A stretch of 45,011 bases of DNA from Miltoncostaeaceae bacterium (GCA_044342355.1 JBIIQA010000001.1:1-45011), one strand, 5' to 3'; positions 15,460 through 29,504 are shown, counted from the stretch's first letter. The notes: generated from the sequence alone by a model not told the origin. Made by a program: numbers and translations.

Positions 15460-17342
15460 GTGATGAGGTGAACGGCGGCATTTCCCCCGGGGGTGTGGAG
15501 CCGAAGGTGCAGGTCGACGACGTCGAGCGTCCCGCGCGCTGGTACCGGGTGCCCCGCCGCCGACGCAGATGGCCCTGGGTGTTCCTGTGGATGGCCGTGA
15601 TCGTCGTGGGTGCCGGCGCTGGCCTCGCCGTGGCCAGCTACCAGATCCTCGGCAATACCCTCGACAAGGCGAGTCCCGATAGTCCGATAGTGAAAGACGC
15701 CCAGAAGGCCGTCGATGCCGATGTGCCCGGGGAGCCCGTGAACATCCTGCTCATCGGCTCGGACAAGCGGGCGGGCGACAAGGGCGACCCCGGTCGGTCC
15801 GACTCGCTCATCCTCATGCGTATGGATGGCGACCAGGGCTTCATCTCCATGCTGTCGTTCCCGCGCGATCTCTATGTCGACATCCCCGGCGTGGGGATGG
15901 ACAAGATCAACGCCTCGTTCGCGAACGGCGGACCGGCCAAGACCATCGAGACCATCAAGCAGTTGACGGGCCAGCCCATCAACTACTTCGTGAACATCGA
16001 CTTCGAGGGCTTCGTGAAGCTCGTCGACCAGGTCGGCGGCGTCTACCTCGACGTCGATCGCAAGTACTTCAACAAGAACGTGGTCGGTGACGGCATCGAC
16101 GACTACGAGGAGATCGACCTCAAGCCGGGCTACCAGCGCATGAACGGCGTGGACGCGCTGGACTACGTGCGCTACCGGCACACCGATTCCGACTTCGCCC
16201 GCATTGCCCGCCAGCAGGCGTTCCTCTCAGAGCTCAAGCGCCAGACCAACCGCTTCGGCAACCTGCCCGAGATTCCGGCGTACGCGGGGATCTTCGCCGA
16301 CAACATCACGACGAACGTGCGCTCGGTACCGCGCCTTCTGGGCATCATGGAGCAGGCGATCACCACCGACAAGGACCGCATCGCCCGCCACAGCATCTCG
16401 GGCACGCCCACCATGCGGAATGGCGCGTCGATCGTCGAGGCCCCGCAGTCGGAGGTGGATGCCAAGGTCGAGGCCTGGCTCAACCCCGAGTTCACGCAGG
16501 GCGCCGCCGCCGCGGTCGTCAGCCCCAATGCGGTGCAGGCGAGGGTTCTGAACGGCAACGGACGCCTGCTCGATGCCGAGACGGCCACCGACCAGCTGCG
16601 CTCCAAGGGTTACGACGCGGTGTCCGGTGGAAACGCGGACAGCTTTGGGAAGGCCGAGACCATCGTGCAGTACGCCGCCGGCCAGCGCGATGCCGCAAAG
16701 AACATCGCGCGCCTGTTCGGGCCCGACACCGTGGTCGCCGCGCTCTCCGCGGCCAAGACGCCGGATGGAATCGACGTGGTGGTCACGGTGGGCGAGTCAT
16801 ACGACGGGGAGCTGATCACCCCGAAGAAGGCCAAGAAGCAGCCCAGGGCGACCGCCGACGTGGTGGACACGACGTCACTCGTGCCCCTCGGAAAGCGCAT
16901 TCAGAAGGCCACCGGCCTGCGCATCATGGTGCCCACACGTGTGCCCGCCGGGTCGGAGCTCAAGATCGTGCGCGCCTACCGGGTGAACACGGGCGGAGAG
17001 GGCCCGCAGGCTCTCAAGATGGTGTTCAGCGTGCCGAGGGGTACCTACTGGGGGTACCAGGCGCTCGACTGGGCCGACCCGCCGCTCCTCGAGGGGCGCA
17101 CCGGTGTGGTGACCAGCGGTGGCCGTGAGTACTCCACGTTCTACGACGGCAAGAACCTCATGCGGCTCGCCTGGCAGAAGAACGGCATCACGTACTGGAT
17201 CGCGAACACGCTCGACTACGCGTTGTCGCCTGAGACGATGTACGCCATCGCGAAGTCGGCGCGGCCGGTTGGCAGGGTGACGCTGCGCCCGGGGGCGAAG
17301 CCGGTCGACATTCCCATCGAGCAGGACGCGTACACCCCCTGA
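15456..17342 (+). CDS. LytR-CpsA-Psr (LCP) family glycopolymer ligase with LytR_C-like region and an extra C-terminal domain
   Basis: N-terminal TM anchor. LCP core ILLIGSDKR...RSDSLILMRMD...SFPRDLYVDIPG...KINASF. LytR_C-like ARVLNGNGRLLDAETATDQLRSKGYDA. About 190 further residues are of unknown fold. Confidence 0.85.
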   Translation: MSDEVNGGISPGGVEPKVQVDDVERPARWYRVPRRRRRWPWVFLWMAVIVVGAGAGLAVASYQILGNTLDKASPDSPIVKDAQKAVDADVPGEPVNILLIGSDKRAGDKGDPGRSDSLILMRMDGDQGFISMLSFPRDLYVDIPGVGMDKINASFANGGPAKTIETIKQLTGQPINYFVNIDFEGFVKLVDQVGGVYLDVDRKYFNKNVVGDGIDDYEEIDLKPGYQRMNGVDALDYVRYRHTDSDFARIARQQAFLSELKRQTNRFGNLPEIPAYAGIFADNITTNVRSVPRLLGIMEQAITTDKDRIARHSISGTPTMRNGASIVEAPQSEVDAKVEAWLNPEFTQGAAAAVVSPNAVQARVLNGNGRLLDAETATDQLRSKGYDAVSGGNADSFGKAETIVQYAAGQRDAAKNIARLFGPDTVVAALSAAKTPDGIDVVVTVGESYDGELITPKKAKKQPRATADVVDTTSLVPLGKRIQKATGLRIMVPTRVPAGSELKIVRAYRVNTGGEGPQALKMVFSVPRGTYWGYQALDWADPPLLEGRTGVVTSGGREYSTFYDGKNLMRLAWQKNGITYWIANTLDYALSPETMYAIAKSARPVGRVTLRPGAKPVDIPIEQDAYTP

Positions 17343-18646
17343 TGCCTGCGCGCATCGGAGTGATCGGCGCGGGCTACGTGGGCCTTGTCACCGGGGCCTG
17401 CCTGGCGTCACTCGGCCACCAGGTGACCCTGCGTGACATCGATCCCGCGAAGGTCGAGATGATTCAGGGCGGCGAGCCGCCCATCCACGAGGATGGCCTG
17501 AAGGAACTGATGGCCGGCTGCGAGGGCCGCCTTCACGCGACGCTCGACCTGGCCCAGATGCTCGGGGCCTCTGAGATCGTCTTCATCGCGGTCGACACCC
17601 CGCCCACCCACTCGGGCGATGCGGATCTGTCGCGGGTGATGGGCGTGCTCGATGAGCTTGCGGCCATCGGGCCCGAGGCCACTTCCGGCCACGTGCTGGT
17701 GATGAAGAGCACCGTTCCCGTGGGCACCGGCGAGCGGGTGCGCACCGAGCTGGACAAGCGCGGCCTTTCCGGTGTTGGCTACTGCTCGAACCCGGAGTTC
17801 CTGAAGGAGGGCGTGGCCATCTCCGACTTCCTCTCACCCGACCGGGTGGTGGTGGGCGACTTCCGCGCCGAGGACGGCGACCGGGTTGCGGCCCTGTATG
17901 CGCCCCTTGGCGCCCCGCTGATCCGCACCTCGGTGCCAACGGCCGAGATGATCAAGTACGCATCCAACGCCTTCCTCGCTACCAAGATCTCGTTCATCAA
18001 CGAGATCGCGAACGTGTGCGAGGAGGTGGGGGCCGACGTGACCGAGGTGGCCGAGGGCATGGGCCTTGATCCGCGCATCGGCCCGAAGTTCCTCTCTGCC
18101 GGGGTGGGCTTTGGCGGAAGCTGCTTCCCCAAGGACGTCTCGGCCCTCAAGCAGCTGGCAGGAAACAGCGGCTACCACTTCCAGCTGCTCACCTCGGTGA
18201 TCGAGGTCAACGAACTGCAAAAGCGCCGGGTGGTGGGCAAGCTCAAGCGCCACCTGGGCGACCTGGAGAACAAGGAGATCGCGCTCATGGGCCTGGCCTT
18301 CAAGCCGGGCACCGACGATATGCGCGAGGCATCGAGCGTGGTGCTGGCCGCGCGGCTGCTGGCCGAGGGCGCCAACGTGCGCGCATACGACCCGGTGGCG
18401 CTCGGGGCCGCGGGGCATCGCCTGAGCGCCGTGGCGCTGCACGACGACCCGTGGGAGTGCGTCACCGGTGCCGATGCGGTGGTGATCGTCACCGAGTGGT
18501 CCGAGATCGTGGGCCTCGACTGGGTGCGGGTGGCGTCGGTCATGCGGGGTGACGTACTGGTGGACGGTCGCAATGCCCTTGACCCCCTCCAGATGGTGGC
18601 CGCAGGATTCGCCTACGAGGGCATCGGGCGGGTCGTCCCCTCGTGA
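17342..18646 (+). CDS. ugd: UDP-glucose 6-dehydrogenase
   Basis: GAGYVGL Rossmann motif and catalytic GFGGSCFPKD. ATGA overlap with the LCP gene. Confidence 0.92.
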   Translation: MPARIGVIGAGYVGLVTGACLASLGHQVTLRDIDPAKVEMIQGGEPPIHEDGLKELMAGCEGRLHATLDLAQMLGASEIVFIAVDTPPTHSGDADLSRVMGVLDELAAIGPEATSGHVLVMKSTVPVGTGERVRTELDKRGLSGVGYCSNPEFLKEGVAISDFLSPDRVVVGDFRAEDGDRVAALYAPLGAPLIRTSVPTAEMIKYASNAFLATKISFINEIANVCEEVGADVTEVAEGMGLDPRIGPKFLSAGVGFGGSCFPKDVSALKQLAGNSGYHFQLLTSVIEVNELQKRRVVGKLKRHLGDLENKEIALMGLAFKPGTDDMREASSVVLAARLLAEGANVRAYDPVALGAAGHRLSAVALHDDPWECVTGADAVVIVTEWSEIVGLDWVRVASVMRGDVLVDGRNALDPLQMVAAGFAYEGIGRVVPS

Positions 18647-19704
18647 CCGCCACAGCCGGAGTGGATCAGGCCGTCATCCTGGTGGGCGGCCAGGGCACGC
18701 GCATGCGGCCTCTCACCGACACCCTGCCCAAGCCCATGCTGCCCCTCATGGGCGTGCCGTTCGTTGAGCGTCAGGTCGATCACCTCGCCCGCGCGGGCGT
18801 CACGCGCATCGTGTTCTCGTGCGGCTACCGCCCGCGCGAGATCGAGGAGTACTTCGGCAACGGCGCATCACGCGGGCTCGATGTGGGCTATGTGGTGGAC
18901 CCCGAGCCGCTCGGCACGGCGGGGGCCATCGCCAACGCCGCGCCGCTGCTGTCCGATACGGACGTGTTCGTGTTGAACGGCGACATCCTCACGGACCTCG
19001 ACCTCGCAGCGCTTGTGGCGCACCACCGCGCGCTCGGCGCCGAGGCCACCATCGCGCTCACCCCCGTGGGCGACCCGAGCGCCTTCGGCCTCGTGCGGAC
19101 CGATGCCGACGGCCGGGTCACGGAGTTCGTGGAGAAGCCCGGCCCGGATCAGCTGGTGCCCGGCGAGCCGTACCGCATCAACGCGGGCACATACGTGCTG
19201 TCACCCGGCGCGCGCGCGGCCATCCCGCCCGGCGTGCAGGTGTCGATCGAGCGCGACACCTTCCCACTGCTGGCTGCGCGGGGTGCGGTGGGTGCCCTCT
19301 CATCGGAGTGCTACTGGCGCGACATCGGCACACCGGCCTCGTACCTCGATGCCCACCTCGACGTGCTTGCAGGCCTCGTCGGCTTCATTCCATCACCCGG
19401 CACGGCGTGGATCTCGGATGGCGCGCACATCGATCCGACGGCGGTCATCGGCGAGGGGGCCTGTGTGGCCCCCGGGGCGTCGGTGGGGCCGGGTGCCCGG
19501 GTGAGCCATGCGATCCTCGGCACCGGATGCCTCGTGGGGGAGGGCGCCTGCGTGGAGGGGGCGGTGCTCGGGCGGGACGTCATCGTGGAGCCCCGCGCCG
19601 AGGTGATCGGCATGGTGGTCGCGGGCGACGGAAGTACTGTGCCCGCCGGCCTGCACCTCGCCGGTCCGGCCGATGTACCCACGGGGTCGGTAGCCTCCGC
19701 CTGA
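18643..19704 (+). CDS. sugar-1-phosphate nucleotidyltransferase (GDP-mannose pyrophosphorylase-like) with C-terminal left-handed beta-helix
   Basis: LVGGQGTRMRPLTDTLPKPMLP signature with hexapeptide-like repeats in the C-terminal third. GTGA overlap with ugd. Confidence 0.85.
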   Translation: MTATAGVDQAVILVGGQGTRMRPLTDTLPKPMLPLMGVPFVERQVDHLARAGVTRIVFSCGYRPREIEEYFGNGASRGLDVGYVVDPEPLGTAGAIANAAPLLSDTDVFVLNGDILTDLDLAALVAHHRALGAEATIALTPVGDPSAFGLVRTDADGRVTEFVEKPGPDQLVPGEPYRINAGTYVLSPGARAAIPPGVQVSIERDTFPLLAARGAVGALSSECYWRDIGTPASYLDAHLDVLAGLVGFIPSPGTAWISDGAHIDPTAVIGEGACVAPGASVGPGARVSHAILGTGCLVGEGACVEGAVLGRDVIVEPRAEVIGMVVAGDGSTVPAGLHLAGPADVPTGSVASA

Positions 19705-20804
19705 TGTCAGAACTCGACCTTCCCGAGGTGCTCGGCGTCGACCGCGCGGGCCTCATCGACGGCCTGTCCTCATCGGTCGAGATATTCGACGCCTCGCGCT
19801 CCGCCGCCGAGGCGCTCGAGATCCCGTTCGCGGGCGACATCATCCGCGATGTCCTCATCTGCGGCATGGGCGGCTCGGCCGTGGCCGGCGACCTCATCGC
19901 CACCACGTACTACGAGCGCATGCGGGTGCCGCTGCTGGTGCACCGTGGCTACTACCTGCCCGGTTGGGCCGGGGACCACACCCTCGCCATGCTGCTGTCG
20001 TACTCCGGGGAGACCGAGGAGACGCTCACAGCCGCCATGCAGGCGCTCGAGCGCGAGTCGCCGGCGATTGCCATCACGAGTGGCGGCAAGCTCGACAGTT
20101 GGTACAACGCCCGCCACGGCATCCCGGTGCACTCGCTGCCGGGCGGACTCCAGCCGCGAATGGCACTGATGTACATGCTTATCCCGGCCGTGGTCTTCCT
20201 GTCGCGACTGGGAATCATCCCGCCGCAGGGTGACGACCTCGACGCGGCGCGCGATGCCATCCAGAGCGCAATCGACACCTACGGCCCCGCGCGCCCGGCC
20301 GACGCCAACCCGGCCAAGCAGCTGGCGATGCGCCTGCACGACAAGGTTCCGGTCATCTACGGCGCCGAGGTCACCTCGGGTGTGGCGTTCCGCTGGAAGT
20401 GCCAGTTCAACGAGAACGCGAAGCAGCCGTCGTTCTGGGCAGCCCTCCCCGAGATGAACCACAACGAGATCGTGGGCTGGGAGAAGGCCGGTGCATTCGG
20501 TGATCAGGCCCAGGTCGTGGTGCTGCGCGATCCGCGCCAGCACCGTCAGGTCGAGCGCCGCATTGCGCTCACGCGCCAGATAATCCGCCCCCACGTCAGC
20601 GACATCATCACCATCGAGGGCGAGGGTGACAGCCCGCTTGCGCGGATGATCGACCTCGTGCTGCTCGGCGACTACGTGTCGCTCTACTCCGCCTGCCTGC
20701 GCCGGGTCGACCCGGAGCCTGTCGACAGCATCGGTGCCCTGAAGCAAGGGCTCGCCACCACGGGCAATCAGCGCCTTCAGGCAGGGGAGAGCGGCTCCAT
20801 CTAG
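19704..20804 (+). CDS. bifunctional phosphoglucose/phosphomannose isomerase (double SIS domain)
   Basis: ATG 19704 overlaps the upstream TGA. SIS motifs ICGMGGSAVAGD and LSYSGETEET. The first 295 codons of ORF 18819.. are an out-of-frame read through the previous gene. Confidence 0.82.
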   Translation: MSELDLPEVLGVDRAGLIDGLSSSVEIFDASRSAAEALEIPFAGDIIRDVLICGMGGSAVAGDLIATTYYERMRVPLLVHRGYYLPGWAGDHTLAMLLSYSGETEETLTAAMQALERESPAIAITSGGKLDSWYNARHGIPVHSLPGGLQPRMALMYMLIPAVVFLSRLGIIPPQGDDLDAARDAIQSAIDTYGPARPADANPAKQLAMRLHDKVPVIYGAEVTSGVAFRWKCQFNENAKQPSFWAALPEMNHNEIVGWEKAGAFGDQAQVVVLRDPRQHRQVERRIALTRQIIRPHVSDIITIEGEGDSPLARMIDLVLLGDYVSLYSACLRRVDPEPVDSIGALKQGLATTGNQRLQAGESGSI

Positions 20805-20876
20805 CGCGTGCCGGTCGGGGGGACATCCCTCCCCGGTAACGAATCACCACCCGGGGGCGCGGCTGTTCCGTGTTAG

Positions 20877-22181
<1,305 letters not shown>

Positions 22182-22294
22182 GCCAGCCGGGCTCACGCAG
22201 TACCCCGGGTGGGGCCGATGGGGCGGGGGGGAAGGCTCCCCCGCCCGGCCTCGCCCCGGAGGACATCCTCTCCCTCCACGATGGCGCCGTCGTC

Positions 22295-23311
22295 ATGCTC
22301 GATCAGACGCGGCTGCCGGGTGAGGTCACCCATGTCACCCTCACGGGCTGGCCGGACGTTGTCGACGCGATCCAGTCCATGGTGGTGCGCGGCGCGCCGG
22401 CGATCGGCGTGGCGGGTGCCATGGGCGTTGCCCTCGCCGCACGCGGTGCCGCCCGCACCACCAGCACGCGGGAGGCGTTTGACGCCGAGATGGGCCGCGC
22501 CATCGCCGCGCTGCGTGATGCCCGGCCCACGGCGGTGAATCTGGCCTGGGCCGTCGACCTTCTCGCGGGCACGGTCGCCGACCACGAGGGAACGCCGGCG
22601 CAGATCGCCGACGAACTCGAGTCCGCGGCCCGGCGGATCCACCACGACGAGGTCGACCGCTGCCGCGCGATGGGGGCCCATGCGCTGCCCCTGCTCACCC
22701 GCGGGGCACGCATCCTCACGCACTGCAACGCGGGGGCCCTTGCCACCGGTGGGTACGGCACCGCGCTCGGGGTCATCCGCTCGGCCCATGCGGCCGACCC
22801 CACCATCAGCGTGGTCGTCGACGAGACGCGACCATTGCTGCAGGGCTCGCGCCTCACCGCCTGGGAGCTTGAGCAGGAGGAGATCCCGTACATCCTCATC
22901 AGCGACAACATGGCCGCCATGCTCATGGCTGAGGGGCGCATCACCCATGTGGTGGTGGGGGCCGACCGCATCGCCGCAAACGGGGACGTGGTGAACAAGA
23001 TCGGTACGTACGGCGTGGCGATCCTCGCCCGCGAGCACGGCATCCCGTTCATCGTCGCCGCGCCCACATCGACGCTCGATCTGTCGATGGCGAGCGCCGC
23101 GGACATCCCCGTCGAGGAGCGCGCGCCCGGCGAGGTGCGCGGGCTCAGCCTGTTCGGGCGACCCGCCGCGTCACCCGAGGCGCCGGTGGCCAACCCGGCG
23201 TTCGACCGCACGCCGGCGCGCCTTGTGACCGCCATCGTCACCGAGCAGGGCGTGCACCGTGCACCGTTCGAGCGCTCGCTGCGCCGGGCCTGGGACTCCG
23301 CCGCGCACTAG
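22295..23311 (+). CDS. mtnA: S-methyl-5-thioribose-1-phosphate isomerase; true start possibly upstream
   Basis: LDQTRLPGEV, VRGAPAIGVA and GADRIAANGDVVNKIGTY match the eIF-2B/MtnA family. Family-like sequence (ILSLHDGAVV) continues upstream of the first canonical start. Confidence 0.88.
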   Translation: MLDQTRLPGEVTHVTLTGWPDVVDAIQSMVVRGAPAIGVAGAMGVALAARGAARTTSTREAFDAEMGRAIAALRDARPTAVNLAWAVDLLAGTVADHEGTPAQIADELESAARRIHHDEVDRCRAMGAHALPLLTRGARILTHCNAGALATGGYGTALGVIRSAHAADPTISVVVDETRPLLQGSRLTAWELEQEEIPYILISDNMAAMLMAEGRITHVVVGADRIAANGDVVNKIGTYGVAILAREHGIPFIVAAPTSTLDLSMASAADIPVEERAPGEVRGLSLFGRPAASPEAPVANPAFDRTPARLVTAIVTEQGVHRAPFERSLRRAWDSAAH

Positions 23312-23337
23312 GTGCGGGCGCGGTCCCAGTGGCGGGG

Positions 23338-23634
23338 CTACTTGAGGCGGTAGGTGATGCGGCCGCGCGTGAGGTCGTACGGGGAGACCTCGACCTTGAC
23401 GCGGTCACCCGGGTTCACCCGGATGTAGTTCCGGCGCATGCGGCCGGCGAGCTTCGCCAGCACCACGTGCCCGCCGTCGAGTTCAACGCGGAAGAACGTG
23501 TTGGGGAGGGCCTCGGTGACCTCGCCCTCGAACTCAATTGCCTGTTCCTTCTCGGTGGAGGCCGTAGTGGTTCCTCTCGTCGCTTGCGGGGCACTGGGCC
23601 CCGTCCCGACCCTGAAAGGTAGCGCGATGGGCAC
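23338..23634 (-). CDS. infA: translation initiation factor IF-1 (maximal ORF; functional start probably near 23565)
   Basis: The C-terminal 72 residues ([70 protein letters not shown]) align with IF-1 end to end. GTG 23634 would add 26 atypical residues. Confidence 0.9.
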   Translation of the reverse strand: MPIALPFRVGTGPSAPQATRGTTTASTEKEQAIEFEGEVTEALPNTFFRVELDGGHVVLAKLAGRMRRNYIRVNPGDRVKVEVSPYDLTRGRITYRLK

Positions 23635-23699
23635 GAAACGGCACGCCCGTGGTCCATCCGGTGGTGAACGCGTGCGGGCATGGTCACCACACTGGGCGC

Positions 23700-24449
23700 A
23701 TGCCCACCTGGCGCATGCTCACGGCGCTCCTCGACGTCATCGTGCCGGGGGAGTGCGCGGCCTGCGGGCTTCCGGGGGATCCCCTGTGCACCGACTGCCT
23801 GTCGGCGCTGCCCGTACTGGAGGGAGCGGCCTGCATGCGGTGTGGCTATCCGATGCCCTGCGAGGCGTCCGGTTGCGCCGAGTGCATCCCCGGAGTGGGC
23901 TGGGCGCGGCAGGCGTTGTCGTACGGGGATCCGGTGCCGCGCATCATCTCGGCCCTCAAGGACCAGCGGCGCAGGGTCCTCGCCGCGCCTCTTGCCGATG
24001 TCATGGCCGCTGTCATCCCGCGACCGGGGCCGGGATCGGTGCTGGTTCCGGTGCCGATGGCTCCCGGGGGGCGTGCCGACCGGGGTTTCAACCAGGCGGA
24101 ACTCATCGCCCGCCACCTCGCGATGCGATGGGCTCTGCCGCTGGATGACGCGCTCGCCCGGCACGATGGCTCCCATCAGCGCGGAGCCGACCGGGCGGCA
24201 CGCCTCACGCAGGTCGGGGGATCCATGCATCTGCGGTCCGCGCCGCCGGTGCACGCGGTCCTGGTGGATGACGTCATCACCACGGGCGCAACGATCACCG
24301 CGGCCGCCCGGGCTCTCCGTGCCGGTGGGTGCGCACGCGTTGGCGCCGTGGCACTTGCGCGTGTGACCCTCGCCCTGTCTCCGGCTACAGTCGATAGACG
24401 GAAGATCCACCGAGGGGGACACGGACATGGAACTCCAGGTGAGGGGTAG
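23700..24449 (+). CDS. comF: ComF family protein (phosphoribosyltransferase domain with N-terminal Cys4 zinc ribbon)
   Basis: CAACG...CTDC...CMRCG...CAEC cysteines, [10 protein letters not shown], and the PRT motif [13 protein letters not shown]. The start could be 23649, 23700 or 23715. Confidence 0.82.
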   Translation: MPTWRMLTALLDVIVPGECAACGLPGDPLCTDCLSALPVLEGAACMRCGYPMPCEASGCAECIPGVGWARQALSYGDPVPRIISALKDQRRRVLAAPLADVMAAVIPRPGPGSVLVPVPMAPGGRADRGFNQAELIARHLAMRWALPLDDALARHDGSHQRGADRAARLTQVGGSMHLRSAPPVHAVLVDDVITTGATITAAARALRAGGCARVGAVALARVTLALSPATVDRRKIHRGGHGHGTPGEG

Positions 24450-25014
24450 GAACGTCCCGGTCACCGACGCTCTCGAGGCCCACGCCGAGAAGCGCATGCA
24501 CAAGCTCGAGCGCGTGCTCGGGCCGTTCGCGGAGACCGCGCACGTGGAGGTCGAGCTCTCCGTCGAGCACAACCCCAGCATCGCCAACAGCCAGATCGCC
24601 GAGGTGACGGTGCGCACGAAGGGTCCGGTCATGCGCGTGCGCGAGGCCGACTCCGACATGTACGCCGCAATCGACCTCGCGGCGCATCGCATCGAGCGCA
24701 GCGCGCAGCGCCTGCGCGAGCGCCGCAAGGACCATCACGGCCCGGGCATCGAGGCCATTGCATCCACGCCGGCCGAGATCGCGGCGCTGGAGCGCCTGGG
24801 AGCCGACGCCACCGACGCCCTGGAGTCGCCTCCGCCCATCCGCATCGTTCGGAGCAAGCGGTTCGACATGCCGTCGCTCAGCCCCGAGGATGCCGCCATG
24901 CGGCTCGAACTCATCGACCACGCGTTCTACGTGTTCCGCAACGAGGCCAGCGGCGAGACGTGCGTGATCTACCGCCGCCGCGACGGTGACTTCGGTCTCA
25001 TCGAAGGGGCCTGA
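24427..25014 (+). CDS. hpf: ribosome hibernation promoting factor, long form
   Basis: N-terminal S30AE domain ([29 protein letters not shown]) plus the C-terminal dimerisation domain (IVRSKRFDMPSLSPEDAAMRLELIDHAFYVFRN). Classic comF-hpf-secA order. Confidence 0.92.
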   Translation: MELQVRGRNVPVTDALEAHAEKRMHKLERVLGPFAETAHVEVELSVEHNPSIANSQIAEVTVRTKGPVMRVREADSDMYAAIDLAAHRIERSAQRLRERRKDHHGPGIEAIASTPAEIAALERLGADATDALESPPPIRIVRSKRFDMPSLSPEDAAMRLELIDHAFYVFRNEASGETCVIYRRRDGDFGLIEGA

Positions 25015-25148
25015 CGCGGCTCGTCGCCTCCTTGTCTGGACCGAACTGCTCACGCGCGGCGGGTCGGTGGTGACACCGCGCACGGGGTAGGCCCCATGGC
25101 CGTTGGTACGATTGTCTTTCCCGTAAGCGGCCGCTCGGATATGCCTGC

Positions 25149-27788
<2,640 letters not shown>

Positions 27789-27801
27789 CGTCGCCCGGAC
27801 G

Positions 27802-28977
27802 ATGAGCGACGACTCCACGCGTGCCCCCGTCGGGGCCGACCCCGACGCCCTGGCGCAGCAGGCCGCGCGCCTCGCCGAGCGCGTGCAGTTGCTCGGCGAG
27901 TACCTCGACCCTGATGCGCTGGCATCACGTGTGGCCGAACTCGAACAGGAGATGGGCGCCGGCGACTTCTGGGATGACCAGGAGCGCGCGGCAAGGGTGT
28001 CTGCGGAGCATGCCCGCAACGCCGGGCGCCTGGCGGGGTATGCGTCGCTCTCCGAGGATGTCGCCGACCTCGGCGAGCTCGCCGCCATGGCTCGTGAGGA
28101 GCAGCGCGCGGGAGCGCCGACGGGTGAGTTCACCTCGGAGATCGTCGACGGCCTGGCCCGTGCCGAGGACCGTCTCTTCGTGCTCGAGGAGTCGCGGCTC
28201 TTCGGCGGCGACCACGATGCCGGCGACGCGGTGGTCACCATCCAATCGGGCGAGGGAGGCACCGACGCCCAGGACTGGGCAGAGATGCTGCTGCGCATGT
28301 ACCTGCGCTGGGCAGAGACCCGGGGTCTCACGGCTGTAGTGCAGGACCGCCTCGACGGCCAGGAGGCCGGCATCAAGAGCGCGACCTTCACGCTGTCGGG
28401 GGTCAACGCCTACGGCCTCATGTCGGCTGAGCGCGGCGTGCACCGCCTGGTGCGCCTGTCGCCATTCGACTCGGCCAACCGCCGCCAGACCTCATTCGCC
28501 GCCGTACAGGTGGCCCCGCTGGTCACTGATGCGGCCGAGGTGGAGATCGACGAGAAGGAACTTCGCATCGACACCTACCGCGCCAGCGGCGCCGGTGGGC
28601 AGCATGTGAACAAGACCGACTCCGCCGTGCGCATCACGCATCTGCCCACCGGTGTCGTGGTGCAGTGCCAGAACGAGCGCTCGCAGACCCAGAACCGCGC
28701 CACGGCGATGAGCATGCTGCGCTCCCGCCTGCTGGAGCTCGAGATCCAGCGCCGTGAGGAGGAGGCCGCGCGTGAACGCGGGGAGACCATGACCATCGGT
28801 TTCGGATCGCAGATCCGCTCGTACGTGATCCATCCGTATTCGATGGTCAAGGATCTCCGTACCGGTTACGAGACGGGCAACACCCAGGCTGTGTTCGATG
28901 GCGCGCTCGACCCGTTCATGCGGGCCGAACTCGAACGTCGCGCAAAGGGTCTCGCCATCGTCGGGGAGGACGCCTAG
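27802..28977 (+). CDS. prfB: peptide chain release factor 2 (single ORF, no programmed frameshift)
   Basis: SPF tripeptide ([15 protein letters not shown]) and GGQ motif ([19 protein letters not shown]). ATG 27802 lies 14 nt after the secA stop. Confidence 0.93.
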   Translation: MSDDSTRAPVGADPDALAQQAARLAERVQLLGEYLDPDALASRVAELEQEMGAGDFWDDQERAARVSAEHARNAGRLAGYASLSEDVADLGELAAMAREEQRAGAPTGEFTSEIVDGLARAEDRLFVLEESRLFGGDHDAGDAVVTIQSGEGGTDAQDWAEMLLRMYLRWAETRGLTAVVQDRLDGQEAGIKSATFTLSGVNAYGLMSAERGVHRLVRLSPFDSANRRQTSFAAVQVAPLVTDAAEVEIDEKELRIDTYRASGAGGQHVNKTDSAVRITHLPTGVVVQCQNERSQTQNRATAMSMLRSRLLELEIQRREEEAARERGETMTIGFGSQIRSYVIHPYSMVKDLRTGYETGNTQAVFDGALDPFMRAELERRAKGLAIVGEDA

Positions 28978-29468
28978 TGGCGCGCGCCATCGTGGTGGTG
29001 GGGTCGCGCCATGGCGGGACCCTCGAGATGGGGGAGTGGGTGTCTGAGGGCCTGCGCGCGGGCGGGGTGGACGTGGAGTTCCATGACGCCGACGGTGCGC
29101 CGTCGCCCGAGGGCTTCGACATGGCCGTGGTGGGCGGCGCCGTCTACGCCGCGCGATGGGTGGAGAACGTGCGCGAGTGGACCCGGGCGCATTCCGATGC
29201 CCTCACGGCCATGCCCACGTGGATCTTCTCGTCGGGGCCGGTCTCGGGCCCGCCCTTCCCGTCGGACGAGGAGTCGGTGCAGTACCGCCGCCTGCTCGAG
29301 TGGACCGGGGCACATGAGCACCGCGTCTTCCCGGGGCGCATCGATCGCCCCAATCTGCGTCCGCGCGAGAAGGCCATGGTCATCACCATGCGCGTGGACG
29401 ACTGCGACTTCCGGCCGAAGGACGACATCGTCGCCTGGGGCCGTGAGATCGCCACCGCCAGCCTGTAA
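28977..29468 (+). CDS. flavodoxin-like domain protein
   Basis: GTG shares a base with the prfB TAG stop. IVVVGSRHGGT...VVGGAVYAARW pattern of the flavodoxin_5/HemG-like family. Confidence 0.65.
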   Translation: MARAIVVVGSRHGGTLEMGEWVSEGLRAGGVDVEFHDADGAPSPEGFDMAVVGGAVYAARWVENVREWTRAHSDALTAMPTWIFSSGPVSGPPFPSDEESVQYRRLLEWTGAHEHRVFPGRIDRPNLRPREKAMVITMRVDDCDFRPKDDIVAWGREIATASL

Positions 29469-29482
29469 GGCGTATTGCAGGT

Positions 29483-29504
29483 GCCCCTCCCCGGGGGGAG
29501 GGGC
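29483..29504 (+). terminator. G/C palindrome gcccctcccc-gg-ggggaggggc after the flavodoxin gene
   Basis: Perfect 10-bp arms 15 nt after the stop codon. Confidence 0.4.

Noticed and set aside
18819-19703. A 295-codon N-terminal extension of the PGI/PMI ORF (ORF 18819..20804).
   Set aside because: This part is an out-of-frame read through the nucleotidyltransferase gene and translates to an Arg/Gly-rich sequence. The recognisable SIS protein starts at ATG 19704, which overlaps the upstream stop.
27802-28977. Programmed +1 frameshift site in prfB.
   Set aside because: RF2 is encoded as one uninterrupted ORF from ATG 27802. There is no short upstream ORF ending in CUU UGA. Frameshift-less prfB is common in high-GC Gram-positives.
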